Made by a program: the position numbers and the translations under genes. From Phoronis australis (Eukaryota; Animalia; Phoronida), in NCBI GenBank assembly GCA_002633005.1, contig NMRA01000003.1:666696-730695 (forward strand): 64,000 nucleotides of DNA, written 5' to 3'. Positions 29,101-44,100 of this stretch are shown here, in pieces; position 1 is the stretch's first letter, and each line of letters opens with the position of its first letter. The notes under the pieces are model-generated. The model was not told the origin of the DNA and did not search any database. It saw only the letters and a list, made by a program, of their open reading frames with translations.

Positions 29101-32100
29101 GATGCTAGCCAGGTTTAAGTATTCCGCATTGAGTAACAAAGCTGACACTAAAAAGTACAGAGCTCGATGAGTCCCAATACATTGTTCAGCTAAAAATGCT
29201 TAGCAGCCTAATCTTTTGAAAACTCAGTCAACCATACAATGCATTCTTCTTTCTCCTTGAAAGAGGAAAGTTGAACATTACATCAAACCTTTGAAAAGAT
29301 CCCAGCCTTCCACAGAGTTAATACATAGTGAAACTTCCAAGTTTGCTTTCCAATGACCCTTTGTTAGAACACTACGACTGGCATAGGGTTTTGAAGACAG
29401 ATATGTCAGAAGTCTTGAGTTTGAAACCAGATACACCTACCAGCACTTTGGTTACAGAGGTGGTTATTGGTACATCTTCACGTATCGTCTCTTCATAATT
29501 GTTGGGTACAAAGACAGGGACAACATCTTGCAAATCAATCACTGTGATGAGCACCTTAGCTATAGTTGAGCGTGGTGAAGCCCCCGAGTCAGTGGCTGCA
29601 AACAAATCATCGTCACTATTTTACAAACATATTAAAGTCTGGTTTGCACACCACCTGTTGGCCACATCACGTGACCTACACATTTATATTGTCACTATTA
29701 CTAAGCAGCATTAACTACATTCACATATTGTGTTGAGCACAGTTTCACACACATTCACATATTGTGTTGAGCACAGTTCACACACATCTGTAATCAACAA
29801 TCTGGCTTAAATCTTAAGAAATAACAAGAAAAATGAGCTCCAAACCCACATTCAGTCGATGACACAACCTTGATTTTGACCACAAGACTAGAAATCTGAA
29901 GAGTGTTCAACAGAGTGAGTGCCCGCTAGCCTGTACTCGCGAACACAAGGAACAGCTCCTAAACAGCTGTGAGCGCTCACTGTGCGATCCAGTATGGCGA
30001 CTCTGAAGCAGATTGTGTTGAACGTCTTAGCCGATGAGCTTAACACTAACAGTCCTTCCTATGAGGTACTGAGCCATAAATATGATTAATCTTTGCCAAT
30101 AATTATTAATATCGGCAGCCCAAGACAACAACCGTGAAGGCTTTGGAACGACAAGAATCGAAAATTACGTCGAGGAAACTGTTCCTCGCTACAACAACCC
30201 GCAATTTAAGTCACACTTTCGGATGAGTAGCTCAACTTTAGTTTTCGTGTTGCAGAATCATAATGGGTTCATATGTTGCAGACGTGAAGCCTTCGCAGGA
30301 CGCCATCTTGGAAATCTAAACGAACATGCTGTCGAGGTTGTTCGCGAGCGCTAACGTGAACACAGCTGATCAGGAGGAGGGCGCTCAAATCGCTCGCGGG
30401 CTCTCACTCTATTGAACACGCTTCCGATCTAATCTTGACAACCACTTTTAACAAAATAAACCACTCTCCCAGAAGATTTAAGGAAGTGTGCAAACACAAA
30501 CAAGTCAAGGCGCTACTTTACAGTGTATCATACTTGTTTTGACTTAATTATTATTTCATACACAAGTCCATTTATTGATTTTGTCCACTTTATTTCATAG
30601 TCAGTGAAACGAGTCCATGGCTAATGATTTTTAAAATTGGTTTGTCACTTTAAATAAATATTGACTTGACTTGGAAGACACAAGTAACTTACCTTTCACG
30701 ACGATAACATTTATGTTGGTTACTGTTGGTCCAAGTTCATCAAAACTAGAGGAATTAGTCACACTTTGTGTAAAACTAGCCAAACAAATGCAAAAGCAAT
30801 ACATCATTGCCACAGCACGCAGTTCCAAGTATTATAATTAATTCCAAAAAGACAAGCCTAAGCTTAACCATAGATTATAGACAACAGATTCGCAATTCCG
30901 ACATTTTCTTGCGTACTGTCCCAGAGGTGGCGCCACTCTCCTAAATTACCAATTTCAGTTTCCGGTCAGTGTATTGTGACAGAAAATTCTTGCATCTATT
31001 TTGCTGTCCAGTACAATGGAAAAAAATAATTTCGGCATTGAAACGCTGTTCAAAGTTTTCCAATAATAGAACTGTTGATATCATGAGTACTTTTGGCACC
31101 CAAACACACAACAGCCAACCATGATTAGAAGACAACGTACTAGCCGGAAGTAAAATTTGCCAATTTTGCCAGGTGTCGCTAGTGAATAATGACGTCACAG
31201 CTTATGCATAAGATCACAGATTTTGTCCATTGAAAATATACGGAGTTGGCGGTTCACGTGCTATAGTCTATGTATTAACAAAACAAAACTGCCAATCAAC
31301 TTAACTTACCTGTAACTTGCAGTGTATATTGTTGAAGCTTCTCGTAATCTAACGGAACCTTCGTTCGAATTTGTCCAGAACTTGGATCAATGGAGAAATA
31401 CCTAGATGGGAATACAACCAAGATTTTAAAGCCAAACTTTGATGGAATTGGGTTATTTTAGATGCATTGGGCTAACAAATTCTTAGCAAAAATAAGGAAA
31501 TGCGAGTTTAATCACTCAAATGTAGGCCTGTCAAATAATAGATGAAGTTGCATTTTTGTGCAATATTGCATAACCGCGTGATCCCAGCACAAACAACAAA
31601 AGGCCAAAAACAGTTGTATTGAATAGGGGTCTTATTTACAGCTATTTAAATTAAAAGGTGATTCTCGCGGTGACGCAGACAAAAGAAAGCTGCCAAATAC
31701 TCCTAACTGCTCATTACATTTAGCAATTTATGACATCAGTGGGTTCAGAGCAATGCTCTTAACATACTGTAGGGTAGGAACCAAACTTACAGGACATTGG
31801 TGTTACCATTCAAAATAGGCTTTAAGCTGAGGAATCAATGTTGAATTTGAACATCATTGATCAATTATTCTTTGAATGGTCTAAAATACATTCCCTGCAA
31901 AGAAACTGGAACATTTTGTATTTGCGTCCTCGCAAAATATCCTATTGAGAGCACTGAAATATACCGCACAATATAAATTTCCATTGATACTTACGGATCT
32001 TGTGGGTCAACACTGTACGTGACTAATCCATTGTTTCCATCATCTGCATCAGTGGCCTAGGAGATGAACACATCTTGTAACAAACAGAATCATACAAAAC

Positions 32101-35100
32101 AAGACATTGAACTAAAAATCATCATATCTTAACCGGATTCATAATGCAAATCTCACAGATAAACAAGGTAGTCAAGGTGTATATGCATTGGTCTAAAAGA
32201 TAGAACATATTAACAGGGACTAACCAATAATTACATAATGGGATAAGTTAATAATCAATGGGTTACACCAGACGAACTCACTTTGAGAGGTGTACCAACA
32301 GGGGTTCCAATAGGCTGGTTCTCCTGCACTGAACGGGCGTTGGTTTCTGTGAACACTGGGCTGTTATCATTGGCATCTAACAGTATGATACTGAGGGTAG
32401 TCGTGGCAGTCTGAAGATGAATGGAAATATGGGATAAAATGGCAGAAAACAGGACAACGGTTTCTGAATGAGATCATATGAATAAAGAAAATAAGATTGA
32501 TAATTTATACAGATTATTTATAACAACGCAACAAAATGATTGAAACTTTACAAATGGAATAAAAATGAAAAAATTATGAATATTAAGTTGATGCATAAAG
32601 ACTCGTATCAATGAGACACGAAAATGAACAGTTTACAATTAACAACAAATGTCAACAATTGTCTGGTGATGATTATGATGGTGGTGATGATGATGGTGGT
32701 GGTGGTGATGGTGGTGGTGATGATGGTGGTGATGATGGTGGTGATGATGGTGATGATGATGGTGGTTATGATGATGGTGGTGATGATGGTGATGGTGATG
32801 ATGATGGTGGTGATGATGATGGTGGTGGTGGTGGTAATGATTATGATGGTGGTGGTGATGATGATGATTGTAAACAACAGGTCACTTACTGCTAACGATG
32901 TGTCTCTCGCTCTTATGATGACCGTGTGGGTCGGATTCGTCTCTCTATCAAATGCTCTCTGATTCTTCACAAGCCTAGGAACACATCAGCTGTTGGTATC
33001 ACTCATTCAACAGATGCATGTGTGACTTTTGGAAGGCAGATCAATCATTACACTTCATATCAATGATTGAGTTGACGGGACAAAATTCTAACTTGAATAA
33101 GCAAGAATGCAAAACAGATTTCATAGCTTTAAACAAAAACATAAGCGTTTAAAAGTTAGAGCCAAGTCAGTTGTCTTAATGTATTCTTTGACAAGTCATA
33201 ATCACAATGTCATGACAGTGAAGATTATTTATTAGCAATTATTACAGAGAACTACACTTGTGGTAGGTGTGGGTTGTTTGGCTTCGGTGACTTTGTGCCT
33301 ACCCGGGTTTTCCGTATGTAAGCCCACCCAATGAAACACCCATGGATGTTTATTCAAAAAATTAAGCCGAATAAACGTGTTACGACTTCAGGTGTCAAGT
33401 GTCCAGATAGTGGAAAATTTATTCGGGAAATTGCTTCTTAAAAGCCCGCTAAGCGTCAACTTTTAGTCACAAATTCAATTTTGTGGAGCATTTACCATTA
33501 ACTATAAAAAAGAACAAAGTTTTGGCGAACTATGCATTTATTAACATAAATTTTAAAGATACATTTTTAAGTTAAGTCAAAGTCAGGAAACCTATGACTT
33601 ACTGTTTACATGCCCCCTTTTCTAAATAAACGATGTTTATTTGGTCTTACTAAAACGTTTGAAATTTATCATATTCCGAGTACATGCCCATGCACTTATC
33701 TACTGAAAATCGCAGTACCAAGCTAAAGCACTTGTTATGCACATAGAGATATCTCCAAAGTTATATGTTTGACTATCATGGATTAAGAAATAAAACAATT
33801 ATCGAATTTTACTCCTAGTCAGTGTTGTGTTAATTAGACCCCAAAGCAAGTTAATCTTAGAACACAATGGACATCGTCAATTAATTAAAAGCAGGGATTG
33901 TTCATTAAGAGAGCCTGTGTTGACTTACCCTGTGTTTGAGTCCATGGTGAAGAAAGAGCCAGATGGTGTCTCAGACAGAATCTGATATGTCAGTGGGTTT
34001 TTGTCTGCATCAACAGCCTGAAGAAAGTACAAAGTGGTACTCAGTGAGATGTACAAAGTGGTACTCAGTGAGACATACAAAGTGGTACTCAGTGAGACAT
34101 ACAAAGTGGTACTCAGTGAGACGTACAAAGTGGTACTCAGTGAAAAGTACAAAGTGGTACTCAGTGAGACGTACAAAGTGGTACTCAGTGAGACGTACAA
34201 AGTGGTACTCAGTGAAAAGTACAAGCCCAATACTTAAAAGCTAAACAAAATTATTTCTAATCTGAAGGCAGTTTATAAAAGACTGGGTCGTTTTAGTTTT
34301 GCATTTAATTAGCCAAATCATAACGTGTTTTTGGTCAGTAACCATAGTAGGTGTATTTAACAAGTCATCAATTTCTCGTAACAAATTTATGAATAATTAC
34401 TTTTAATTTTACAGCTACTCGAATCAGTTCACACACAATTCCATGAAGCATCAAGTCAAATACAAATGATGTTTCTACACCGCAGTAAAATCATGGCTTG
34501 ATTTTTAGTAACATACACAATACTTCCCTGGATACCGATGGGATTTGTCTACTTTTCTAACGACCAATAAACAACACTGCGAGCCAAAAAAACCTAATCA
34601 ATAAGTGAACTAACCACCTTGAGCTCTACAGTAAGACTAAGGGCACTTAGTACCTTGGTATCACTTAGCACCTTGGTACTGTCATCTGGGCTTGACTACC
34701 ACAGTTAACCAGTACAGATATAGTAGTCGACTATCATATTCAACCTTATCAGTTTTACAGTAAAGACGCATTAGTTAGCAACAACAGTCCTAAAGTGTTC
34801 TGTCTCCGTGATCTCATGCGATAAAATTTTCAATGAACTTAAAAAAGAAAAACTTACATCAGCATCGAATATTTCCGTGTTCACAGGTATAGCTTCACTG
34901 ACGTATCTTGTGTAGACGTTTTGTGGGAAAGACGGTGGAACATTTCCAAATGGTGTCACGTTTATCACCACTGTAGTCACTGACTCCAAACTCCTGCAAT
35001 GGTAAATAAAAATGTACAACAAGAATTAAAGAGAGCTTTTGAAGTACAGAATATCAAAAACCTTTCATACTCCTTACCATCAACACCAGGCTTGCTTTAA

Positions 35101-38100
35101 TATACACAAAAACTGGCAGTCAGCTTCGGACAAGCAGTTAAAGGCAACAGTTCCACATAAGCAAAAGGTGGGAAATTAAATCCTGCTTCAAGCCATCCCC
35201 TTGTACAGCAATCAGTGGAGTTTGTATCCTGCTACAAGCCAGGTTGTGTTATATTATAACAACACAGCAGTGTTTGTATCCTGCTTCAAGCCAGTCCTTT
35301 GCACAGACAATCAACAGAGTCTGAATCTTGCTTCAAGCCAGGCTTTTGTATAAATAATCAGCGGAGTTCCTTGTCAGTTGTGATAGCATCCAGTTATAAC
35401 AGGCAATACAGTTTGAGACCAGAGTGCATGGCTGCATGAAACAGTCCCAAATAGGGATTCAACTAAGTTCCCTAAATCTATATAACACACATTTGTGAGT
35501 TTGTGAAAACACTGATTTTCTTTTCTTTTGCTGTTTGAGTCCCATTACGAAGTCAATTTTTGACTTTAATACAAATTGAGAGTGAACTTTACATTAAATT
35601 CTCAATATTGTTGAAAATAAATAGGGATCTTTTCATACAACACCCCTAATTTAAGGACTAAGTCCCTAATTATTGTGATTCAGCTAAGGGCTCAGTTATT
35701 AGCTTATATTAATTATTAAAAAAATATCAAATAAGAGCTCGTAATAAAGATAAAGTGATAGAAAATATAACATCTGTAAGTAAAGAACGAAACAAATTAT
35801 AAGTAAAAGTTTTAGTTAGAGAACTTAGTTGAGTAACAATTTGGGACTGTTCCAAGCAACCGGGCACAGAGGGCCATTCACATGCGCTCATTTGCACGTC
35901 GTAAATTAATTGAACGTAAGTAATGCAAATACCCGGCCAGCAAAAGTTTACTTCAGGAGCAAATGTGCACTACCTTCGGAGGTACACACTGCACAACGCA
36001 AAATGCATAACTCAGGGGTGCAGATGATGACTTCCAATATCAATCGAACAGAAGAGTTTAAAGTTACATAAAATTCAACAAAACTTCAAAGTTCTGTCAA
36101 ATATATTGTGCATCGTTGAAAGACAGCTGTATGACTAACCACTGGGGATATGGTCTAATCTCTGTACTTAAAATTATTTTCAGCATTTTCCGTTCTAGTT
36201 TTGTGCAAACTAGAGATAAGTGCCTATCAGTCAGTGCTTCGGTACATTATGGTTTGTGCACAATGAATGTCTATCAGTCAGTGCTTCGGTACATTGTGGT
36301 TTGTGCACAATGAATGTCTATCAGTCAGTGCTTCGGTACATTATGGTTTGTGCACAATGAATGTCTATCAGTCAGTGCTTCGGTACATTATGGTTTGTGC
36401 ACAATGAATGTCTATCAGTCAGTGCTTCGGTACATTGTGGTTTGTGCACAATGATTGTCTATCAGTCAGTGCTTCGGTACATTATGGTTTGTGCACAATG
36501 AATGTCTAGTCCAAGTTTGCACCTGATGACCCCTAGATTTGAGTTACAAACTCAAGTAAAACTCAAGATTTCGATTAAAAACTCAAAGTTCAGACTCAAA
36601 ATTTTAGCCTTAACGCTGAGGTTATCAAGTGAAAACTAGGATTAACCCATTATTTACTTGTCAGCATAGAATAATTGACAGTTATCTTCTGGCGCAGCAG
36701 TTCTCATACAAGAAGAATAATATAATAATTGCGTTCTCATGGTACATGTTATATCAGACGTGCACAAACTGCTTATGTGGGCCCACTGCACTGATCATCT
36801 GGAACCATTTTTATGCTTTATTAAATATAGATAAAACTGAGCTGAGGAGCTAGAGACCTGACTCAAAGGTCTAGCAGTGTGCGCCAGTGGTACTCGAACC
36901 CATGCTTTTGAGTAAAGGAATCGGACACCTATCCCACTAAAACACACTGCCTCCTCCAAAAGAAGAATAGAATATGCCAAAAATAATTTCTATTTTAAGT
37001 AAAAGATTAGATCCCGGGCACTGATCAATTGAGTATGTTTCAATTAGGAACAAGGTATGGACACACTTCGAAATACTTGGCAAACACGAGCAGACGTGAA
37101 GTGATGATGAGACAAGGTGTTTACTTTCACTTTGAAAACAAAACATATTGAAGACTTTTAGAGAACAAAAAGAAATTGTCATTTCTATTAACATGCATAA
37201 TGCAACAACTTCATCACTGCAAAGCCTTTCAAATGAAAACATGCATAAACAACATAGTTACGCAGCACAGACAGAGGTCTCCACTATACAGATGTGTTCA
37301 CTTACGGCGTTCCAGCGTCTTTACCCTTCACTCGCAGGATGTACTGCTCATTACGTACAAGAGTGCCAACGGCTGTGATCTGTCCACTTGATGAAATGGC
37401 AAACTTGCCTGCACTATTACCACTAACAATTGAATAAGTGACCTGTCCATTCAAGCCTGCTTCCCCATCTGTAGCTGCCACCTGCAATATACATGTAACA
37501 GGGTATCAAAGCTGTTCATTTCTGAGACTTCATGTTAGAGATAACAAGAACAATGTGGAACGTTGAAATGTCCCCACTGTGTGCTTCGCATAAAACACCT
37601 ATATACAAGGAATATATCATTATTTTAAACTGATACATAGGAAAGAACTTCACCTAGTCTTTCAAATTGGTGATGATTTAGTGTATAGCCAATTCTTAAC
37701 TTGGCAACAGTGTGAAGTAGATTTGATGGGAGGTAATGCCCACACTCATTCATGCTGTTCAATTGTTCTTAGACACGACTTAAAGAAAGTGCTGTGTCAT
37801 TTGAAATGCATTTATCATGCCTTGACATACGAAATATTTGAGACCAAAATTTATAAGGTTTAATGTAATTTTCCCAAGCCAACGAATGTAAAATGAGAAA
37901 GACAAGACAAATTATAGATGGTATTTTTTCACAATATGAAATAGTTCACAAAACATCGATGACATGTACCAACCACCACCAAACACAAAAGCCCTTGACG
38001 ATGTGAAACTGGGAAATAAAATAACACCTTTTACAATCACTCATTAATTACATCCCATTGCTTACTACCTATAACAAGTGATCTTCCTAACTTTATTATT

Positions 38101-41100
38101 ATACCCACCAGATGAACATTTTGTGGATTGGTTATGGTATATTGTCCTTCACGAACACTGACGACGTAACCTTCCTCAGGGAACGTTGGCCTGACATCAT
38201 TAACATCCATTATGTTTACTCTCACATTTAGCGTAGCTTCATTATTCGTAGCCAAACCACTCTGGACAGCTTTAACCTGGAGAAACATAACCAAGTACCA
38301 TAGAATTCTAATGTACCCAGACCTGAAACAGTTGAAGCTATATCACGTCTTCTAAACTAATAGACACAGAGCAATAAAACGTCTCCCTAAATCCTCTTAT
38401 TAAAAGCAATTATTGTATGTTACCATCAAAATGTTAAGTAGTGAAATGTGTACTGTAAAAATGTAATGGCCATCTCTCTCTCCTTAAATTGCTTTAGTCT
38501 ATTTATTACCTTATTATAAATCACGTCAATATGAATTGCAGTAGGGCTAATTATTCCGAGGACAATTTTTGAAAAAAGTATGTATCATTACGTTCTTAAA
38601 CTTCAAAACTTACTTGTAAATCATAAAACCTTGTAGTTTCATAGTCTAGGGAAGCACCTGCATTCAGGAATAAGTTGCCATCTTCTGTAATCCCAAAGAG
38701 TGACCCAGGGGTAGTGACTGAGTAAGTGAAAGATGACGGTGGATCACCTGCAGCCTGTAAAAATCAATTTGAGTTCACATAACTACAGAATCACTACCTT
38801 GTGTGATATCAAACAGTGAACCTAGGTAGTGACTAAGTGAATGAGGGTAGCTGGTCACCAGTGCAGGGTACATGAAACAATCCCAAATAGGGACTAAGTT
38901 AGCTAAATGTACTGCAAATTTGTGGGCCTGTGAAAACACCGATTGTTCTATCTTATGCCGTTTGAGTCTTGTTACCAAGTCAATTTTTGGTTTTGATAAA
39001 AATCGAGAGTGAAAACTCTAAGTAGAATTTGCAATACGGGATCTTTTCATGCAGCGTCCCTCATTTAAAGACTAATTAGCCAATTGTTATGACTGAATTA
39101 AGAGCTCAGTTTTTAGTTATAAGATTAGAAAACGCCATAGCCAAAGAGCTCTTAATAAAGATAAAATGATAGAAAAAAATATTACATCTATTACATCTGT
39201 GCAGAACGAAACAAATAATTATGAAAATGTTTAAGGGAACTTGGTTGAGTCCCTATTTGGGACTCTTTCATGCAACTGAGCACAGTAGTCTGTAAGTAAC
39301 ATCTTTTCAAGTTCATTTTATAGTGCAAGTCCCGTATTAAACAGTGAATCTGGGGCTGTGACCAAAAAGTGAATGGCGGAGACGGATGACAAAAATGAAT
39401 CGACAAGATCCAAAGTGTATCCAGCATTTACAGTGAGATCAATGTTTAGAATTGACTCCTGTCATACACAGCTAGTACATGGCAATTAGCTTAGATGACA
39501 AAGACAATTAAGCATATAACACACAACTGCAATTAACAACAATTTACTCAAACCAAGTTGTAAAGAACATTTCATGACATGTGGACTGCTGTGATCATGA
39601 GGTTGCCAAGATGTGATTTAATTACTTTGATTTGTGCTGTAACTAAATATAATGTGAATATGATCACGACAAAACAACCAAGTCTATGCTCTAGCAAAAT
39701 AATCTACTGCACTAATGTTAATGAGAAGATTTGCAGTGTAGTTCAACAGTCAGTGATCTCATCAACCCTGTACTCACATCATCTGGGTCTGTGGCAGTTA
39801 TCTTCAACTTCTTTAGTAACCCTTGATCCTCTGAGACAACTGTGCCTGGTTTGGCATCTTCGGGAATGTATCCCAAATTGTTGCCACTAGAGGTTGTTAG
39901 TGTTGGTGGACTAGTGTTCAACTTGCTATTGACAATCTTGAATCGAGCTGTTGTGGAGTATTGGTTGTCGTTGGCATTGTTTTCTTCAGCCTGTTAAATA
40001 ACAAGCAACGATAGCATTGTTGATTAGGAATTGTGTTAAAGAGATTACAGACTATTATAGTACATGGACCGCCAACACTTTCAGTGGACGAAATCTGTGC
40101 TCTTCTCCACGTTATCACTATTCACTAGTGACACCTGGTCAAATTATCTTGTATTATATCTGGCAAGTACGTTATCTGCTAATCATGGTCGGCTGTTGTG
40201 TGGTTGGGTGGTAGTAGCATTGATAAAAGTACTTAAGATACCAAAACTTCTGCTATTTTAAGATTTTGAACAGCGTTTCAGTGCCAAAATCATTATTTTG
40301 TTTTGGTTGTACTGGACAGTAAAATAGATGCAAGAATTTTCACAATACACTAACCGGAAAATGAACCAGATAATTTAGGAGAGTGGCGCCGCCTCTAGGA
40401 TTGTACGGAAGGAAATGTCGGAGTTGCGAATCTGTTGTCTCTAATCTGTTTTCATTGAGCAAAACATGAATGACTCACTCACAGACTATGTGCAGTAGTG
40501 AGTAAGACATCAGATGTGTTTGCTCAATAGAAGTGAATGACAGACGCACAGACTATGCTCAACATTTAGAAAGACATTGTTTGTTCAATGGAAGGGAATG
40601 CTGAATCAAGATAGGAGCCATTTTCTATACCATTCATATCATTTACTGTTGTTCCAGGGGTATTAAAATGAACACCAGGGCAACGGCAATTAACAAGCCC
40701 AAGACATATCTCCAACATAAACGTAACGTCAAAAATGGCAGTGCTCCCCTTTGAAAGAAGAGAAGAAAAAATATAAGAAACAGAAGTCAACATGACCATA
40801 TAGTCATAACATAACTTCATCACCGCAATGACATCATAGGAGTAGTTCACTTACTGAGTAACAGGGGAGATAACACTAACACCAGAAAAGTATAAATACA
40901 CAAACCTGTATCTGTAGTACAATCTCTGGGTTTGTACTCCTGAATGGACTGATGTTCTTGTCAACACTCACTACACCAGTAGATGGGTTAATGCTGAAGA
41001 AGCCATTGGTCAGACCAGTGGGTACTGTGAAGGCAAACAATGTGTCATTATGAGTGGACATTACACACAGGACACATAATACATAACTTGACATATATTG

Positions 41101-44100
41101 GTCAACACACTTATTTAGGAGTGAACAGCATGAACACTGACTGTGAAGTTCAATGACATATCGATGAAGCTTATCGATCATCTACAAGAGTTAATAATAT
41201 TGAGAAAAATTAAAACTGGACTAACTTAAAAATTGAAAACATTTCATTGGTCACTGTTCACTTTTCAAGCTTAAGCGACACCTGTTGGAGAATGTCGATC
41301 TTGAAAATTTTTAATAATATCCAGTCCCATGTATGTGATAGTTTGAACCTCAGTCCACCTCTCCTGTGTAAGAACAGATGTGTGATTAGCTTAAAATTAC
41401 ATTCTTTCACACCATATTCAAACTATTTATTTCCTGAAGTTTGTTTCGCGATTGACACAGGAAAACAGGGCTGCCACAAACCTGAAAATGTTGACAGCAG
41501 GCGACGAAAATGTTTTGAAATTCTCAAGCAAGTCCCGCAAAGAATTGCAATTTTTTCTACAACAAGTTCAACGACTACCACAACTGAAGAGCTTTTATTA
41601 ACAGATTAAAAACTGTCCAACTTACTGCTAGATGGAATTATGGAATATTTGACAGGATAGTTCAAACTATCCAGATCTTTGGCTAGCACAGGTCCTTCAG
41701 CTGGTGTTAAAGCTCCAAGAGACTGAAAGTATGTACAGGACAAATGAAGAGATTAGCAACATCATGCTTTAAATGATACAGAATAATTGAAATATCCAAG
41801 TTATCGGCCAATGGTGCCATTATTACCGAGTCCACGATACAGGAAGCTCATCTTGATACACTGCACACTTCACAAGTACTAGCACGAATTATACACAGTA
41901 TCGCAGGTTCTCAAACTGTATCAACACACATACCCCACTATATGTAGCAGTATACATAGGATCTACACATTGTGGAGGAGTTCCAGCCGTGACACAGCCA
42001 GTATAGGAGAATGCTGGAGGGAGATCATTTCCATCTTGTATGCGGAATTCCACTAATGCTGATGCAGACCTTCTCTTTCCAGAAACTGCGTTGTCCTAAA
42101 ACATGACAACAACATGAAGCCTATTTTGCTGCTTAAGCCACACGTGGACACTATTACATCTCCTGGAATAGTCTGATATAACATGCTCATATTTTGAGAA
42201 CCAGTTTGATGCCCGTTATTCAGAGGAGAAAACTGGTTCTCAAAATTCGGGCACGTTATATCAGACCATTACTCATATTCTACTCTTTTTACTGTCGTTT
42301 ACAGATCAAGTTTCGACAAGTTTTCGTAATACAGTTAATCTACATTCCCTCAATATCGTTGAATGTTTGGAAACTGACCTTACTGATCATATGTCAAACA
42401 TGAACAAGTATCCAAATATCCATAACACATAAGCAGAACTTTCCTCACAATTGATACCTGTACCCGATACACCTTATACATAAGACAAATTTATGGACAT
42501 TTTTATAAACTTCTATTTTGATGACGAAGAATTTTGGTCTAGTAATGTCTATTTTTAGTACTTAATATACACTGATCGGACTAGTTTTGTGACAACTCTT
42601 GCGAATAAAGTTGTTTCCACTAACTTCATTTATAAAATTTACATTTAGGCCTTAATCTAATTATTTGTGCACTGTAATTTTTAGGCGTTAAGGGGTATGA
42701 CTGTCATTGACATGAAAGTTAACATTTACTAATAACAGGTAGGTTAAGGAGACTTACAGTAGCAACAATGGTGAGATAAACTGTTTTGTTTACAAGTTCT
42801 TCATAGTCAATCTTGTTTTGAAGTTTGATAATTGTCTGAGAGTCCAGTGGAAGACGGAAGTATGCCGTTCCCTCATTCTGTAAAAGAGTAACAAGACGTT
42901 TAAGGTTTCCACACAGACTTTGATTATGAAGTGAATGATTATTAGACACCAGACGTTAAGGCACTGGTAATTAATATGATCTTCGAGATGCAGCATAATT
43001 ATAGTAAGATATATCAATGAATTGACCTAAATCACATTTAAAGAAAAGTTTTATGTCAGTTGATAAATCATTCTTAAAACAAACCCTTCAGCAGGGTTTG
43101 CCCCTAATCAGCATTGGAAAAATGTTGTTTACTTCACAACTTACAGATGGTAACAAGGATTTTAATTCCACAGCAACTAAACAGTGGCACTGAAGCAAAG
43201 TAGGCCTGAGCGTTTTCCCCTGATGACATCAATCTCCTATTAAAAGTGACACCTGATGTAACAAAAAATTCAAAGGTACTTACGGGAGCAGTGATACCTG
43301 GTGTAGGCACCAGGGAATAGGAAATTTTGCCATTATCCTGGTTCTGATCCACATCAACGGCAACAATAGGATGGAATGTCTGGCCAGCTAGATACTTGTT
43401 GTCGTAAGCATCAGTATTTACAGGTGTCAACTGAAATATAGAAATGCAGTCACTCGACACTTTGATTAAATTTTGATCCACATCACACACTACAATGGGA
43501 TAGAATCTCTGGCCTACTAGATTATATATTAAGTCAAACCTATCTAGGTGTGTTTGTCACCTGAAATATAGAAATATAGTCAACTGACGCCTTAAGTAAG
43601 TTTTAATCCATATCACATGCTGCAATAGGACAGAATCTTTGGTCAACTAGATATATTAGGTAGAACCTATCTGGCCTATGTCAAAGTCAACTGAAATACA
43701 AAATATAAGCATGCACTTGGTAGATATCTAGGCTAACGTAAAAAACTGCAACTAATGGACGCTGCACGAGTTGGATTTATTCCAAAATCCACTTCAGTTG
43801 TACTCTCCTCAATACAAAGGACAAATTTTACAAAGATCCATCATGGAACTCAGTAAATATTGAGCCAAAGATGAAAAGAAACAAAACTGTCAATAGAGGA
43901 CGCAACAGCAGTTAGACCTGTCCAAAAATGTACAGTTGAAAAATCATTTGATCAAGGAAGTTCCATAAGGTTAACAATTTCAAGTGATTTGTAATACGAA
44001 TAATGCAACTGCACTTTGTTCTCACATTTTCAAAAGCAGCTCATGCCATTACGTAAATGAAACAATATCTTATAAAATAACAACTTGAGGTAACTGTCAA

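Noticed and set aside
32608-32970. ORFs with poly-T/I, poly-D/G and poly-M/V tracts
   Set aside because: Translations of the GAT/GGT microsatellite; the real exon ends at the GTAAGT donor at 32889.
33925-34244. (YVSLSTTL)n as a coding extension of the cadherin exon
   Set aside because: The nearest strong upstream acceptor (34241) is out of frame, an in-frame stop lies just upstream of the array, and the EC6 sequence is complete without it.
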